This document shows, in pieces, positions 24,647 to 37,561 of a DNA stretch of 64,000 bases (its first letter is position 1; each line of letters begins with the position of its first letter). The stretch spans positions 72,168,001-72,232,000 of the forward strand of contig NC_043001.1 of NCBI RefSeq assembly GCF_006345805.1, in the 5' to 3' direction. The translations under genes were made by a program, and so were the position numbers. The notes below the pieces were generated by a model that worked only from the letters and a program-made list of their open reading frames with translations, was not told where the DNA came from and searched no databases. This DNA comes from Octopus sinensis (taxonomy: Eukaryota).

Positions 24647-24730
24647 CTGTTCTATTACCAGGTGTAATCCTTTCTTCACCTGTAATCCTAGTTAATCGAG
24701 GTCGTGGCGTCTTACTAAGAATTTTTCCAC
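24647..24730 (-). CDS. GABPA: GABP-alpha coding exon 7
   Basis: ctgacag|GT...ACA G|gtaagc; GKILSKTPRPRLTRITGEERITPGNRT joins to give the conserved [14 protein letters not shown]. Confidence 0.95.
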
Positions 24731-25716
24731 CTGTCAGAAAAAGAAACATACAAATAGACCCACCATGTATATTTATCATTACTAGTACAGTCTTCAAGAA
24801 GATGATGAGAGTATTGAAAAATCAAAGTAAACCATGTGTGAATGTAGTTACATCTGTAAATATGTCTATCAACACTAGGTTAACTTTTAGTAATGAGGGT
24901 GAGTGTTCTGCATTTATAGGAATATATTAAGAGAGTTAATGAAATAGGAATAATGAAGAAAAGGTTAAAATTATGTTCTTTATTTTTGCCTTTGTTGTGT
25001 TGTGTATGTATACAGTTTTATGTACATAAAATGTACTACACAAATGTATGTCTATCTATAGTAATGTAAGGCACAACAATTTTTGTTATACAAAACTTAT
25101 AATCCTTTACTAAAATTTTTAATGTTTCATTGAATCACTGAAGTCAATGTCAGGTCACCAAAAAAAATTCCCTCCACTCAACAGTGACGACATTTAAGTT
25201 GTTGATGAAAGTGAAATGGATAACAATGTAATCAAGACTGAAGATAATGATCTAGAGATTGACTGCATGCATGGAAGAGGGATGTTAAATGATGATGATG
25301 ATGTATATATATTCATCATACACATACTACGATGCATCCTCTAGAAGCAGAGATGATTTAAATATAAATCAAGAATTTATGTTCTATAGTATTTGATTTA
25401 CCTATATTTTTCTATGTTGTTCAAATACATACCACTGACCATTGTGAGTTATTCATCTCAGCATATATTTGTTTAAATTATGCAAATCATCAAGGCCATA
25501 TATGTGTTCTATTCTTTTTTTTTTGTATAATTATAAGCCTCTTGGCTACTGGAGTTAAAGGTTGGACAATTGTCTTACTGATAATGGCAACTGAGCCTGA
25601 AACATATCCACACCTGTTCTCTTATCTCCAAAAAATAAGCCAGTTCTATTCCTTAATGGTATGTCAATCTTGAGATTATCTCCCCCTTCTCAAGTGGAAC
25701 TGGTATATCTCATACT

Positions 25717-25876
25717 ATACAGCAAATTCTTGATTTATTAAAATTATCTGTCTCCAGAGAATGTGTCATAATTACCAAATTGCAATTAAAACCAGTTCCA
25801 TTTAATTGCAATTTGGTGATTATGATACATTCTCTGGAGGCAGAGATAACTTAAATAAATCAGGAATTTGCTGTAT
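25717..25876. repeat. Intronic inverted repeat, about 74-bp arms and a 10-nt loop
   Basis: 25717-25790 pairs with 25801-25876 with a few mismatches. Confidence 0.9.
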
Positions 25877-25917
25877 GGTTTTTGATATATCTGTATTTGT
25901 CTATATTGCTCATTTTT

Positions 25918-25974
<57 letters not shown>

Positions 25975-26817
25975 TAACAATTGTATATAATATAAATAAA
26001 TATTTTCAAAGTGGAAAAATTTACGGATTTTTTCTCTTACGAGGTTTTTCACGCTAACTAGTGATAATTTCTTTTAAAGATTTTATCCTCAATTGTTAAT
26101 TTATATTTTTCACCGGAATAGTTCAATACTGAATTTTTATTCCAAGTAAGCAATTTGTTACCGAAATGCATTGCGAATAAGCCCGCCATTTTCATAGATA
26201 TGTAAAGATAAACATTCGTACATGCTACGACGAATTCTACGGTTGGCTATCGAGCTTGTAACGTTATGTTTTTTCTTATATATCTTGAGTTTGTAGCACT
26301 GATGAACATACAATGCATATTCTGCATTAATTGCGAAATCACAGGTGATATGTAACTAAATTCTTTTTTTAAATGATTTGCTTTGAAGTTTTGCATTCGG
26401 TAAAATTTTGTTTATTTTAGTAGTTTTGACCGCATTGGTCCCTCTTTAGCGTGTGGTATCTACGAATAGTAGTACCCTTAATATAATATAAATATATATA
26501 TATATGTAAGTGTATGTGTGTGTATTATAGTGTCGTCTGCCTAATTAACAAACAGGTCCTACAGTTACTTCATGGTTGAGTTTTTAACAGTGAGAAATAT
26601 TGTTAAATTACAAATGTAGGAGCAGCAAGAAATATGTAAATAAGTATTTATTAACTATCTCTTTCAAAACAAACACATCATTAGTAAAGAGAAAAATATA
26701 TTCAATCAAATAATTTGATTTTGCTACAAAATAAATATTACCAGTTTGACTGTGTATGTGTGTTTAATTAACATCTAATTAATAAAGAAATTAAAAATCT
26801 GAATGTGTTTTTTTTAC

Positions 26818-26886
26818 CTGAATGACCATCTGATGTTGAAACTGTTATAGTGGTAATAGCATGTGGAGTTGGTTGTTGGAGAACAG
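26818..26886 (-). CDS. GABPA: GABP-alpha coding exon 6
   Basis: attacag|CT...TCA G|gtaaaa; 69 nt, phase 1-1, VLQQPTPHAITTITVSTSDGHS; bridges exons 5 and 7 in frame. Confidence 0.88.
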
Positions 26887-27119
26887 CTGTAATAGAACAC
26901 AGAAAACAACTGTTAATGGCAATAGTCTATAAATTCAATTAAATAAACAACAAAATGCCTTTTTTATTTTACATCTGTTTACCATGCTGGCCGGGAATAG
27001 GGTGGACAGATCGAGAGACAACATCTTGCTTGAACATTTCATTTTCAGTGTTGTTTCTATGGCTGTGTGTCCTTTCTGACAGCAACCACTTTACAAAGTA
27101 TATTGGTTTCAAATTTTGG

Positions 27120-27300
27120 TACAAGGTCAGCAGTTTTGGGGAGGGGACAAGTCAATTACATTAACCCCAGTGCTCAACTGGTACTTATTTAATCAACCCT
27201 AAAAGGATGAAAGATAAAGTCAACCTTGCTGGAATTTGAACTCAGCATGTAGAGACGGACATAATGCAGAGTATATTGGGTGCACTTTATCATGACACCA
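27120..27300 (-). mobile_element. Fragment of a further SINE family
   Basis: CCCAGTGCTCAACTGGTACTTATTT..AAAGTCAACC..GAATTTGAACTCAG block; related fragments near 42830-42960 and 48430-48545. Confidence 0.6.
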
Positions 27301-27521
27301 GCACTAGAGAGGTTGTTGCAACTCCAACAAAATGAAAAGGTTCTCAAAACCCTACACTTAATAGAGTCAACTTGGTACATTATATTGTGGAACCAGCACT
27401 AGAGATGGTAGGGGCGAGAGGGATGACAAGACGAGAATAAATGGTGTGAGTGAGTGATGGATGTCAATACTCAATAGTCAGTGAGGGATATAGGTAGAGT
27501 GTATGGGAATATGTCTCTTAA

Positions 27522-27714
27522 CCCTTTAGTATTTAAACAGGCTATGTTTGGCCCAAATAGTCTACCTGGTTCAAACCAGTCAGTTCTAGTTTTATACATC
27601 TATTCTACAATGTCATTCTAAAAAATAAACTTTCACATCATGGAAATTTTGAAGGAATAAGATATAATGAATTCCAAACGATGTGAATAAATAAGCATTA
27701 CATATGACAGAGGG
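27522..27714. mobile_element. piggyBac-like MITE
   Basis: TTAA|CCCTTTAG...AGGG|TTAA with a TTAA TSD. Confidence 0.8.
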
Positions 27715-27722
27715 TTAAATAA

Positions 27723-27765
<43 letters not shown>

Positions 27766-27767
<2 letters not shown>

Positions 27768-29692
27768 GGCATATAGGACGCACTTTTTTCCAAAAAATTT
27801 GGCTCAAAAAAAATCGCCCTGCGTCTAATATGCAAAGTCAAGACCCTCCCGTAGGCTAATCTTCTCCCAGACGCTCACTAACCTAGCTTACGATAAGTAT
27901 TTCTACCTACGCTAACGCCTTAATGATATTTTCCGTACTCATGCATCATTATTTATTTGCTAGTATTATTATTATTATTATTACTTTAAAATACGAATTA
28001 TCGTAAAAATCAAAGCAATCTACCGTAAATTGTTAGGCTGCGATCCATGACACACATTTACTAATAACAGCTGATCGGAACCCTAACTCGATGCCATCTG
28101 ACAGTGAGGAGTAAAACTACGGAATATACATGATCGTTGCGAGTTCGTGTATATACGGAGGTAGGTTGGATATCTTGGCACAACAAAGTTTATGATCATA
28201 ACGAAACACACTACAACAGTACAAGCACCCTCACAGCTATGGCAGCAAAAAGATCAAGCTACAAAATCTCCTACAAACTACGAGTGGTAGATTATGCCAA
28301 GGAGCATGGAAATAGAGCAGCAGCAAGGGTTTTTGGGCCACCACCTACAGAAAAAAATGATACGTGTCTGGCGACAGCAAGAAGAGCAGCTGATGAGAGC
28401 ACAGAAAGGTAAACATAACCTTCGTTGCCCAGCCCCACATTGGCCAGAACTTGAGGATGATATAAAAACGTGGGTGCTTGATGAGAGAAACTCAGGGAGA
28501 AGTGTATCTACCAAAATGATAATTCATGAGGCCATAAGAGTAGCAGAACAACGAGGGATACAGAACTTTGCAGGAACAGAAGGTTGGTGTTACAGGTTTA
28601 TGAAACGGAAGGGTTTATCAATGCGTACAAAAACATCCATTGCTCAAAAAATGCCTGCTGATTATGAAGAAAAAATATTAGATTTTCATAGATTTGTTAT
28701 AAATGCAAGAAAGAAAACTTGTTTTGAACTGGGCCAAATAGAGAATATGGACGAAGTTCCACTCACATTTGATGTACCATCCAACAGGATGTGAGTGTCA
28801 AAGGGTCTAAAACGGTTTCGATAAAAACCACTGGCCACGAAAAGACCCACTATACAGTAGCTCTGGCCTGTTGTGCTGATGGCATAAAACTGCCACCTCT
28901 TTTGATATTTAAGAGAAAAACTCAGCCTAAGGATAAAATTCCAAGAGATGTACTAGTTCATGTTCACGAAAAAGGCTGGATGGACGAAAATGGAATGAAA
29001 CTGTGGTTACAAAATATATGGTCAAGGCGTCCTAGTGGACTATTAAGAAAATTTCTCTTCTGGTTTGGGATCAGTTTAGAGCACATAGAACTGAAGCCAT
29101 TAAAAAAAGGGTGGGAGAATTGAAAACGCAGTTAGTTGTCATTCCTGGTGGACTGACGAGCCAATTGCAGCCTTTAGATGTGTCTGTGAATAAGCCATTT
29201 AAGCAGAACATGCGTGAACATTGGAACAAGTGGATGGCAGAGCCACATCATGCCCTCACACCCACAGGAAGAATGAAGCGGCCCACCATTGCTGAAGTGT
29301 GTGAGTGGGTGAAGAAATCTTGGGATGATGTTAGGCCTGAAATCATTGTGAAGGCTTTTAAGAAGTGTGGCATTAGCAATGTCCTTGATGGCACAGAAGA
29401 TGATGCATTATTTGAAGACAGTGATTTCAGCAGTAGTGATGAAGATGATGAAGACTTTTCTGGTGTAGAAGATGATGAAGAGTTTTCTGGTTAAAAAGAT
29501 GATTAAAGATGATTACTATTGTAATTTGTATGCTTTCCTTTTGTATGCTTGCTTTTATACAGCAATGTTTTCTGCTTTTGTAATGTGCTGCTAGACTGCT
29601 TTCAACAATATATGCTTAAATACACTTAAAACTTTTTTTCCTGAATTTGACCTGCTGAAATGAGGGTGTGTCTAATATGCCGTCAAATACGG
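27766..29692 (+). mobile_element. pogo-superfamily (DD35D, Passer/POGK-like) DNA transposon in a GABPA intron
   Basis: Right TIR CCGTATTTGACGGCATATTAGAC; left TIR partly deleted (CCGGCATATAGGAC); TA flanks; internal transposase. Confidence 0.93.
28239..29494 (+). pseudogene. pogo transposase (Brinker-like and CENP-B HTH plus DDE_1), three 1-nt frameshifts
   Basis: MAAKRSSYKISYKL.., GWCYRFMKR, NMDEVPLTFD, KGWMD, WDQFRAH...QPLDVSVNKPFK; 35 residues between the 2nd and 3rd Asp. Confidence 0.92.
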
Positions 29693-30113
29693 TACATATG
29701 TGTGTGTGTAAAGCAGGTGAGAAAGGTTGGTTAACAAGGATAAGAGAGGGAGAGATAGTGTACTTAGAGAGATCAGATATATCTGGTGACATACCTTATT
29801 GCACTAGAAGCAATATACAGTGAACTAAAGAATCTGTTATTATTCTTAGTCACATCACTAGCATAGTACAGTGAGGAGAAGAAAAGTGATCAAGAGATGA
29901 ACAATAGGTATGAGTGTTAGAGTTATGAGTGATAAAGGTGTGATAAAGACATGGGTGACAGTGACATAGGGTGATAGACAGGTGAGTGATACAACAGAGA
30001 GGTGAGATAAGAAGGACTAGTGTTAGAAAGATGACAAGTAATCAAGGGGACCAAAGATATATCTACACACACATACACACTCTCATGCATATATGCACAT
30101 GTTCACATATATA

Positions 30114-30989
30114 TGAAGTCTGATCAATAATTATCTGAACTGTTGCCATAGTAACAAAGCTAAAGCATGCCGAGTGAAGCTGTTTGGTACCGACTGACCT
30201 TGAACTGCTGTGCCTGTGCACTAAGTTTTAACGTTTTAGCTCACTTCCACTGTTTACAGAATAGCTTAGGAGGAAGGTGTGTAGCGTTTGATCATTGCAT
30301 TGACTATGACAGAGAAAGTTGTCATGGCAATACCTGCTCAGAGGCCTATGCAAAGTTACAGAAGGTGTATGAGCTGCACACAAGTGTACGAGTGGTTCAG
30401 ACGTTTCCAAGATGGCCGAAAAAATGTTGATATTGACGAATGTTCTGGGAGACCTCCAACCAGGAGAACTGAGAAAAACATCACAGATGTGCATGCAGCT
30501 GTGAGGGGAAATTGTCGAATCACCACCTGTGAGTTATCAGAGGATGTGTAGATTAGTTACAGTTCAGCTCAGTCCATTATCACTGAAGATTTGAGTATGA
30601 GACAAATGTCTGCCAAGTTTATGCCAAAACTACTTTCAGCTGACCAAAAAGAAATGAGTTTCAGTTGCACAAGATCTCCATGATTGTGTTGAGAACGAGG
30701 AAAAATTTTTGAAAACTTTGTGTAGGTCTCTGAGCAGGTATCACCAAGCTTTTGGCAAAATTTGATGCAGATTCTCTGCTCAACTTTCTCTGTCATGGTC
30801 AATGCAATGATCACACACTACAACCTTCATTCCAAGCACTGCTGTAAACAGCGGAAGTGAGCTAGAACATTAAAATTTAATGCGCATGCACAGCAGAGTT
30901 TAAGGTCAGTCTGTGCCAAGTGGCTTCACTCTGTGTGCTTTAGCTTCGTTACTATGGCAACAGTCCAGATACTTATTGATCAGACCATG
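30114..30989. mobile_element. Fold-back mariner derivative made of two 5' ends
   Basis: Both arms carry the same TIR, leader and MTEKV start in opposite orientation; TA flanks; junction near 30714. Confidence 0.88.
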
Positions 30990-31096
30990 TATACAAAATG
31001 ATAAAAAAAAGATAGTTGTGGTTCACAATAAACAAAGAATACCCAGTTACCATTTAGTATTAAAATTGGTGTGTAAAAAATGAAAAATGTACTTAC

Positions 31097-31309
31097 CAAC
31101 AAATTTACATTTCCTTAGAAGCTCCAAATGTGTCCAAAATATATCGTTTCTATCAAATGGTATGTATTTGATAAATTCTTCGTGCTGTAAATCACACAAC
31201 TGTTTGCCATTTAGTCGAAACTGGTTGATGTCTACTCCTTCTAAATGAAATTCTCTGCACGCCCACTGTATCCAATGACGGACATGAACTTCTGACCACT
31301 GAGCAGGAT
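31097..31309 (-). CDS. GABPA: GABP-alpha coding exon 5 (PNT/SAM domain)
   Basis: tttgtag|AT...GTT G|gtaagt; DPAQWSEVHVRHWIQWACREF...FWTHLELLRKCKFV. Confidence 0.97.
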
Positions 31310-31833
31310 CTACAAATAACAGAAGGGTACATATAGTACAACTAGATACAATACAATACTAACAATAGGAAGTAACAGAATGGAATCCCAGTGATACTAA
31401 ATGCATATTAATTCATAAGCCATACACACACACTGGATTGGTAACGTTTGGTAATGTAGCAATTAATGATTAAACAACTCACAATAATTCTTCACCTTAG
31501 AATTATACACAAATAAGTTAGAACAATGATTGCTTTTGATCTGATTTATGTTGTACAAGATTAATTTCTTGCAAAAGGATATAGTTAACTGATCTAATAT
31601 TAACATGTTAGTGATAGCTATTTTATTGATTCAACACTTTAGGCACATGAGTGGCTGGGTGGTTAAGAAGTTTGTTTCCTAACCATGTGCTCTTGGGTTC
31701 AGTCCCACTGTGTGACACCATGGACAAGAATTTTCTACTATAGCCCTAGCCCAACCAAAGCTTCATAAGCAGATTTGGTATACAAGAACTGAAAGCATCT
31801 TGTCATATATATATATATATATATATATATCTA

Positions 31834-31874
<41 letters not shown>

Positions 31875-32567
31875 TTTGTTTCAGTTTTTGGACTGCAGCC
31901 CAAAATATACCACCTCCTTTGATATTGTCCTTCTCAGGCACATTTGACAGTAATCATCAACACATATTTAATAACAACTTTATACACTGACAATACATTG
32001 TAGCAGTAGCTACAACTTAGCTGTTCCACAATAACAACTCAGCCCCAAACCCTGTAGTTTGTGATTACAGTATGTTGTTCCATTTAATAGAAACTGGATA
32101 CAGTTCTGAAACAAAAGGAAGCATGTTCAATATCAACATTCAAAAGATAACAATGCAATTAACTGCATGCATTGAGCCAATATAGTGACTGGTGCAGCAC
32201 AGGTGCCCACAGTGGTCTTAGTTCTTTAATATTGCAATGAACTATGTCATCCATTTTTCTCTGGATGATTATAATCTTTACAACTTTCTCTTTAAATCTT
32301 TTGAGACTGCTCCTTATTCTAGGATGCAGATTTCCTGTTTTAAAGTTAAAATCTTCCATCAAAATATCATGTTAATTTATGTTTTAAATATTAGCTTAAT
32401 AACGAAAAAACTATTTTACTAAATTCTTCATTATTTTCAAACTTAATTGAAAGACAGGCAGTAATTTCCAACACAACTATGGTAACAAAAGAACTAAACT
32501 TCCTCATTGAACTTGGCTCTCCTTTTGCTAAGCAAGATCATATCACCAGAAAGTAACAAAGACTTAC

Positions 32568-32777
32568 CACGGGGTATTTTAAGTCTTTCTTGTTCTTTCC
32601 TGAAATTTTGATCAACAATCCATCTTGTAACATTTTCAGATTCTTCTGGCAATGGAATAACCACTTTTGTGGCCTGTGGCTGCTGAACTGTCTGAGTCGG
32701 TTCTGGCAAACTGGGAGGTGGAAGTACTTCTTCAGCAGGTTTTAAGATATCCAAAATATTGATTTTGGGTTTTGTAC
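32568..32777 (-). CDS. GABPA: GABP-alpha coding exon 4
   Basis: ttttcag|GT...CGT G|gtaagt; TKPKINILDILKPAEE...VTRWIVDQNFRKEQERLKIPR. Confidence 0.96.
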
Positions 32778-33097
32778 CTGAAAACAGAATTTAAAAGATA
32801 AACCATTTTTGCCATCATTAACAATTTTTGGATGTTGTCATTTATTTGAAAGTAAATATTAAAATATCTCCAATATTATGACCAATAACTTACAAAGCTG
32901 GCTAAAATGTCCTTTCTATCCCCAACCAAAAACCAAAGCCTGTCATTTAGAAAACATGGCCTCCAAACAGTGATAGCCAGAAAAATATAACTGGAAGCAA
33001 TGATATTCCCAAAGCATTAATGTGGAGAGATGGAGATATATTGCGATTAATTACTAAAACAGTTGTTAAAAAAAAAAGGGATTTTTTTTTTATTTAC

Positions 33098-33182
33098 CTG
33101 GTTGTGATTTCACCTCAAGGTTAATTTGAACCATTCCTTCTCCTTGAACACATTGCTCCACTAAACTTTTGCTGCTGTCCAA
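33098..33182 (-). CDS. GABPA: GABP-alpha coding exon 3
   Basis: ttacag|TTG...CCA G|gtaaat; LDSSKSLVEQCVQGEGMVQINLEVKSQP. Confidence 0.95.
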
Positions 33183-33638
33183 CTGTAATCAAGTTTATTA
33201 AAGAAAATATTTTATTAATGATAAAAACAATGACTTCATATTACTATAAGTCTTTTATTGATGTAGTGGTGATACAGACTCTCCTATACACTCTTACAAC
33301 AGCTATCCACCTCACTCCCTAACATTTCACCCCCACTATTTTTCTCTCTCTCTCCCCAGCTCCTTCCTGATCACTCCTACTCTCTCTTCTAAAAATGTGA
33401 GTAGTTATGTAGCTTCTCTGCAACAAGAAACATGTTTTCTTCTAGCCCTTTCCATCATACTTTAACTCTCCTCCTAGCTTAAAGCTGCCTCTTTCTCTAT
33501 TGTATTCCCACTCAGCTGAAGGCATCGTAGTCTTGCAACTATGTAACTAGGGAGCAAACTTCTTAACCACACACAAAACAAGTTAAAAATAAGTCATTAC
33601 ATATTTTGCCTTTACTGGAGCATATTTGGCTTACAGCT

Positions 33639-33826
33639 GTTTCCAGTAGTTGTTATAGGTACATTAGTGATAGGTTTACTCAATTAGTCTATTGATCAAT
33701 TGAGAAAAATTGGAAACCTAAGAAAATAATGCTACTTTCATCAGAGGTCATTCAATTTTTCTCAATTGATCAATAAACCAATTGAGTAAACCTATCAGTA
33801 ATGTACCTATAATGACTACAGGAAAC
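33639..33826. mobile_element. MITE-like hairpin, about 75-bp arms
   Basis: 33639-33714 is inversely repeated at 33751-33826. Confidence 0.8.
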
Positions 33827-33958
33827 TCATCAGTGGTAGAAATGACCAGAGGTATGTTGCTTTCAGCCATTTGAGTCTGATGAATTGCTTCTATGTCTAA
33901 GCACTTTAAGTGCAAAACCAACGGTCACTCTCTGACCACCCATAGTAATCAACTTTCG

Positions 33959-35510
33959 TGATACTTGTGAAGGCCTGTTGAGGCAAGTGAAAATCAAAAT
34001 CAAAATCAAATCAAAACAAATCAAAATAGATGAACATCAATGGAATTTGTATCTTTGTGGTACCAGTGCCGGTGGCACACAAGAGAAAACCATCCGAAAG
34101 TGGCCGTAGCCAGTACCGCATCGACTGGCCTCCGTGCTGTGGGCACATGACAAACACCATCCGATCGTGGCCGTTCGCCAGCCTCATCTAGCACCTGTGT
34201 CGGTGGCACATAAAAACACCATCCGAAGACCCGGCAAGACTAGTCAGGCCATAACCCATGGCCCCTACCTGGGACGTAGTCAGTCCACCTGTGCATACCT
34301 TCCTTCTTGTGACACTTGTGAAGACCTTTTGAGGCAAGTGAAAATCAAAATCAAAATCAAAACAAATCAAAATAGATGAACATCAATGGAATCTGTATCT
34401 TTGTGGTACCAGTGCCGGTGGCACACACTTTGTGGTACCAGTGCCGGTGGCACACAAGAGAACCATCCGAACGTGGCCGTAGCCAGTTCCGCATCGACCG
34501 GCCTCCGTGCTGTGGGCACGTAACAAACACCATCCGATCATGGCCGTTCGCCAGCCTCATCTGGCACCTGTGTCGGTGGCACATAAAAACACCTTCCAAA
34601 GACCGGCAAGACTAGTCAGTCCACCTGTGCATACCCTCCTCTTGTGACACTTGTGAAGACCGGTTGAGGCAAGTGAAAATCAAAATCAAATCAAATCAAA
34701 ATCAAAATAGACAAAATAGATGAACATCAATGGAATTTGTATCTTGTGGTACCAGTGCCTGTGGCACACAAGAAATCCATCAGTGCTGTAGTCAGTGCGG
34801 TGGGCACATGACAAACACCATCCGATCGTGGCCGTTCGCCAGCCTCATCTAGCACCTGTGTCGGTGGCACATAAAAACACCATCCGAAGACCCGGCAAGA
34901 CTAGTCAGGCCATAACCCATGGCCCCTACCTGGGACGTAGTCAGTCCACCTGTGCATACCTTCCTTCTTGTGACACTTGTGAAGACCTGTTGAGGCAAGT
35001 GAAAATCAAATCAAAACAAATCAAAATAGATGAACATCAATGGAATTTGTATCCTTGTGGTACCAGTGCCGGTGGCACGTGGCACACAAGAAAACCATCC
35101 GAACGTGGCCGTAGCCAGTACCGCATCGACTGGCCTCCGTGCTGTGGGCACGTAACAAGCACCATCCGATCGTGGCCGTTTTGCCAGCCTCATCTGGCAC
35201 CTGTGTCGGTGGCACATAAAAACACCATCCGAGTGTGGTCGTCTGCCAGCCTCGTCTGGCACCTGTGTCGGTGGCACATAAAAAACACCATCCGAGCGTG
35301 GCCGTTTGCCAGCCTCGTCTGGCACCTGTGTCGGTGGCACATAAAATCACCCACTACACTCTCGGAGTGGTTGGCGTTAGGAAGGGCATCCAGCTGTAGA
35401 AACACTGCCAGATCTGACTGGACTGGTGCAGCTTTCGGGCTCCCCAGGCCCCAGTTGAACCGTCCAACCCATGCTAGCATGGAAAGCGGACGTTAAATGA
35501 TGATGATGAT
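33959..35510 (+). repeat. GC-rich composite retroposon: four 326-350 bp units, three about 60-bp subunits, RTE-type tail and (TGA)n
   Basis: Units start at 33959, 34309, 34644 and 34970; tail 35346-35510. Confidence 0.9.
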
Positions 35511-35546
35511 ATATATATATAGAGAGAGAGGGGGGGAGGGAGAGAG

Positions 35547-35615
<69 letters not shown>

Positions 35616-35659
35616 GGAGAGAGTGAGATAAAATTCACACATGAAAAATGCTTAAATAC

Positions 35660-35831
35660 CAAAATTGTGTCTTGGAGGTAAAAACTATGTTCTGCAAGAG
35701 AACACTGCAGGCGGATTTCAAGAAGTCGTTTAAGTGTAGAAAGAGGTTCAGCAATGTCCATATGTTGAATTACTAAATTCTGGTATTGGGGAGGTGGATG
35801 TTCATGGATGATTTCTTCTTCAAGAACAACT
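35660..35831 (-). CDS. GABPA: GABP-alpha coding exon 2 (N-terminal OST/ubiquitin-like domain)
   Basis: cttacag|A...TTG|gtattt; VIQHMDIAEPLSTLKRLLEIRLQCSLAEHSFYLQDTIL. Confidence 0.95.
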
Positions 35832-36856
35832 CTGTAAGATAAAATTAAAAAAATGAAAATAAACAATTAATATTACTAATGAGGGAAGGAAAAAAAACTA
35901 ACTAATTAAACACAAAGATGAAGTTTTCAGCTGTTACTAATTAATTCCACCTAATTAAAATGGCCAATATAAAGACCTGTTTTGATAATTTTCTAGATCT
36001 GTAACAGACAATTATTAAGAGTGGAATTTATTATTTATGTATTTTGTTGCAAGAAGTTTTATTACCTATCCTACCACAACCTCCACCGATATTAGTATAG
36101 ATAAATAGTATTGCTATAGTAAGATTTTAAAAAGAAAAGAAAAAGATTACTGTAAAGGTAGGAAACTGGACAAGAGAAGTAGAGACATCTCTTTAAGCAA
36201 ATGAATCAATAGACAAGTTTGTAGGAATCTTTATTCCAAAAGAAAGCAGGAACCAAGACACCTTTGACATTACAAAAACATGATTGCAAATGTAAACACA
36301 ATAATCTAAAAATGATGCAGCTAAAGCATCTCAATCTATCAGATGACAACAGCAATAACGAGCTTATTGTATACAGTCCTCAGGTACATTACAACTTGTT
36401 GGAAAAGGGTAAAAGAGAGGACAGAAAGCTGATTATGTAAGTCAAGTAAAGAATGACAGCAATGAAAGCTAGAAGTACATGCACAATACACAAAATAAAA
36501 CACAAAAAGTTAGAGAAGAGTGAAAGCATCATAAAAAGGAAAGGGTACACAGGTACACCAGAAGTAGCGTTTGTGAATTTCAGGAAGCATGGAATTTTTG
36601 AAGGATGCAGTGCCCTGATAGCTAACAATGGACATGACTAATTTATTACATGCTTTGACGATTCTAAGTGTGAAAAATGTTTCTGAAAGACAGGGAAAAA
36701 CTATTGTATTTCTGCTCAATACTGATATGAAATAATATATTGCAATACAAGAGGAAGTCAGAAAGTATTGCAAATAAAAATTGCATTAATTTCTGACTAA
36801 GCCTTGTATATTAAAAACAGTAAGTCATCTCAACAACAGCTGTTTTATTTTTATAG

Positions 36857-37222
36857 GCACAGGTGTAGCTATGTGGTAAGAAGTTTACTTCCCAACCAAA
36901 TGGTCTTAGGTTCAGTCCCACTGTATGGCACCTTGAGGGAGTGTCTTTTCCTATAGTCCTAGGCCAACCAAAGCCTTATGAGCAGATTTGATAGATGGAA
37001 ACAGAAAGAGGTCTGTCATGTGTGTCCGTCCACCACCACTGCGAGACAACTATGTAGGTTGTTTATGACCCAGTAACTTAGTAGTTCAGCAAAAAAAAGA
37101 GACCATTAGAATAAGTACCAAACTTTAAAAAATAAGTATTGGGGTTGATTTGTTCAACTTAACACTTCAAGGTGGTATCCCAGTAGGGCCACAATCTAAT
37201 AACAGAAAATAAAAAGATAAAA
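36857..37222 (+). mobile_element. tRNA-headed SINE with a degenerate L2-type tail
   Basis: Head and core as at 22283; tail AGGTGGTATCCCAGTAGGGCC...AAAAAGATAAAA. Confidence 0.75.
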
Positions 37223-37561
37223 TAACCTAAGTGTTTGGAGAACTCTGTTGTTATGAGCAAGCCACTGGTATCACCTTACTTGTTCTGATTATTTGATTAA
37301 CTCCTCAATTGCATCACTCAAATGTTTTACAAATATTTATCTCATTTTTACATACTGAAATGCTTTAAGCAAACTACAAAACTTTTGCAGCAGAAAGGTT
37401 TTGTAAAGTTTAAGAAAACATAAGTTACAGCCTATAAATATTGAGACATTATACTACATTAGTGATTTGAACATTGAATGTGATGGAGAGAAGTACTTGG
37501 TTTAAGTTCAATTAAAATGTCATAATTCTATGAATGAAAATAGACAGAAAGACAACATTAC

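Noticed and set aside
26030-26480. CpG-containing intronic block ending GTACCC|TTAA
   Set aside because: Probably a dispersed DNA-element remnant, but no matching opposite terminus was found, so it was not classified.
34021-35496. Multiple overlapping ORFs (up to 233 aa) on both strands
   Set aside because: By-product of a GC-rich tandem repeat, with no domain motifs.
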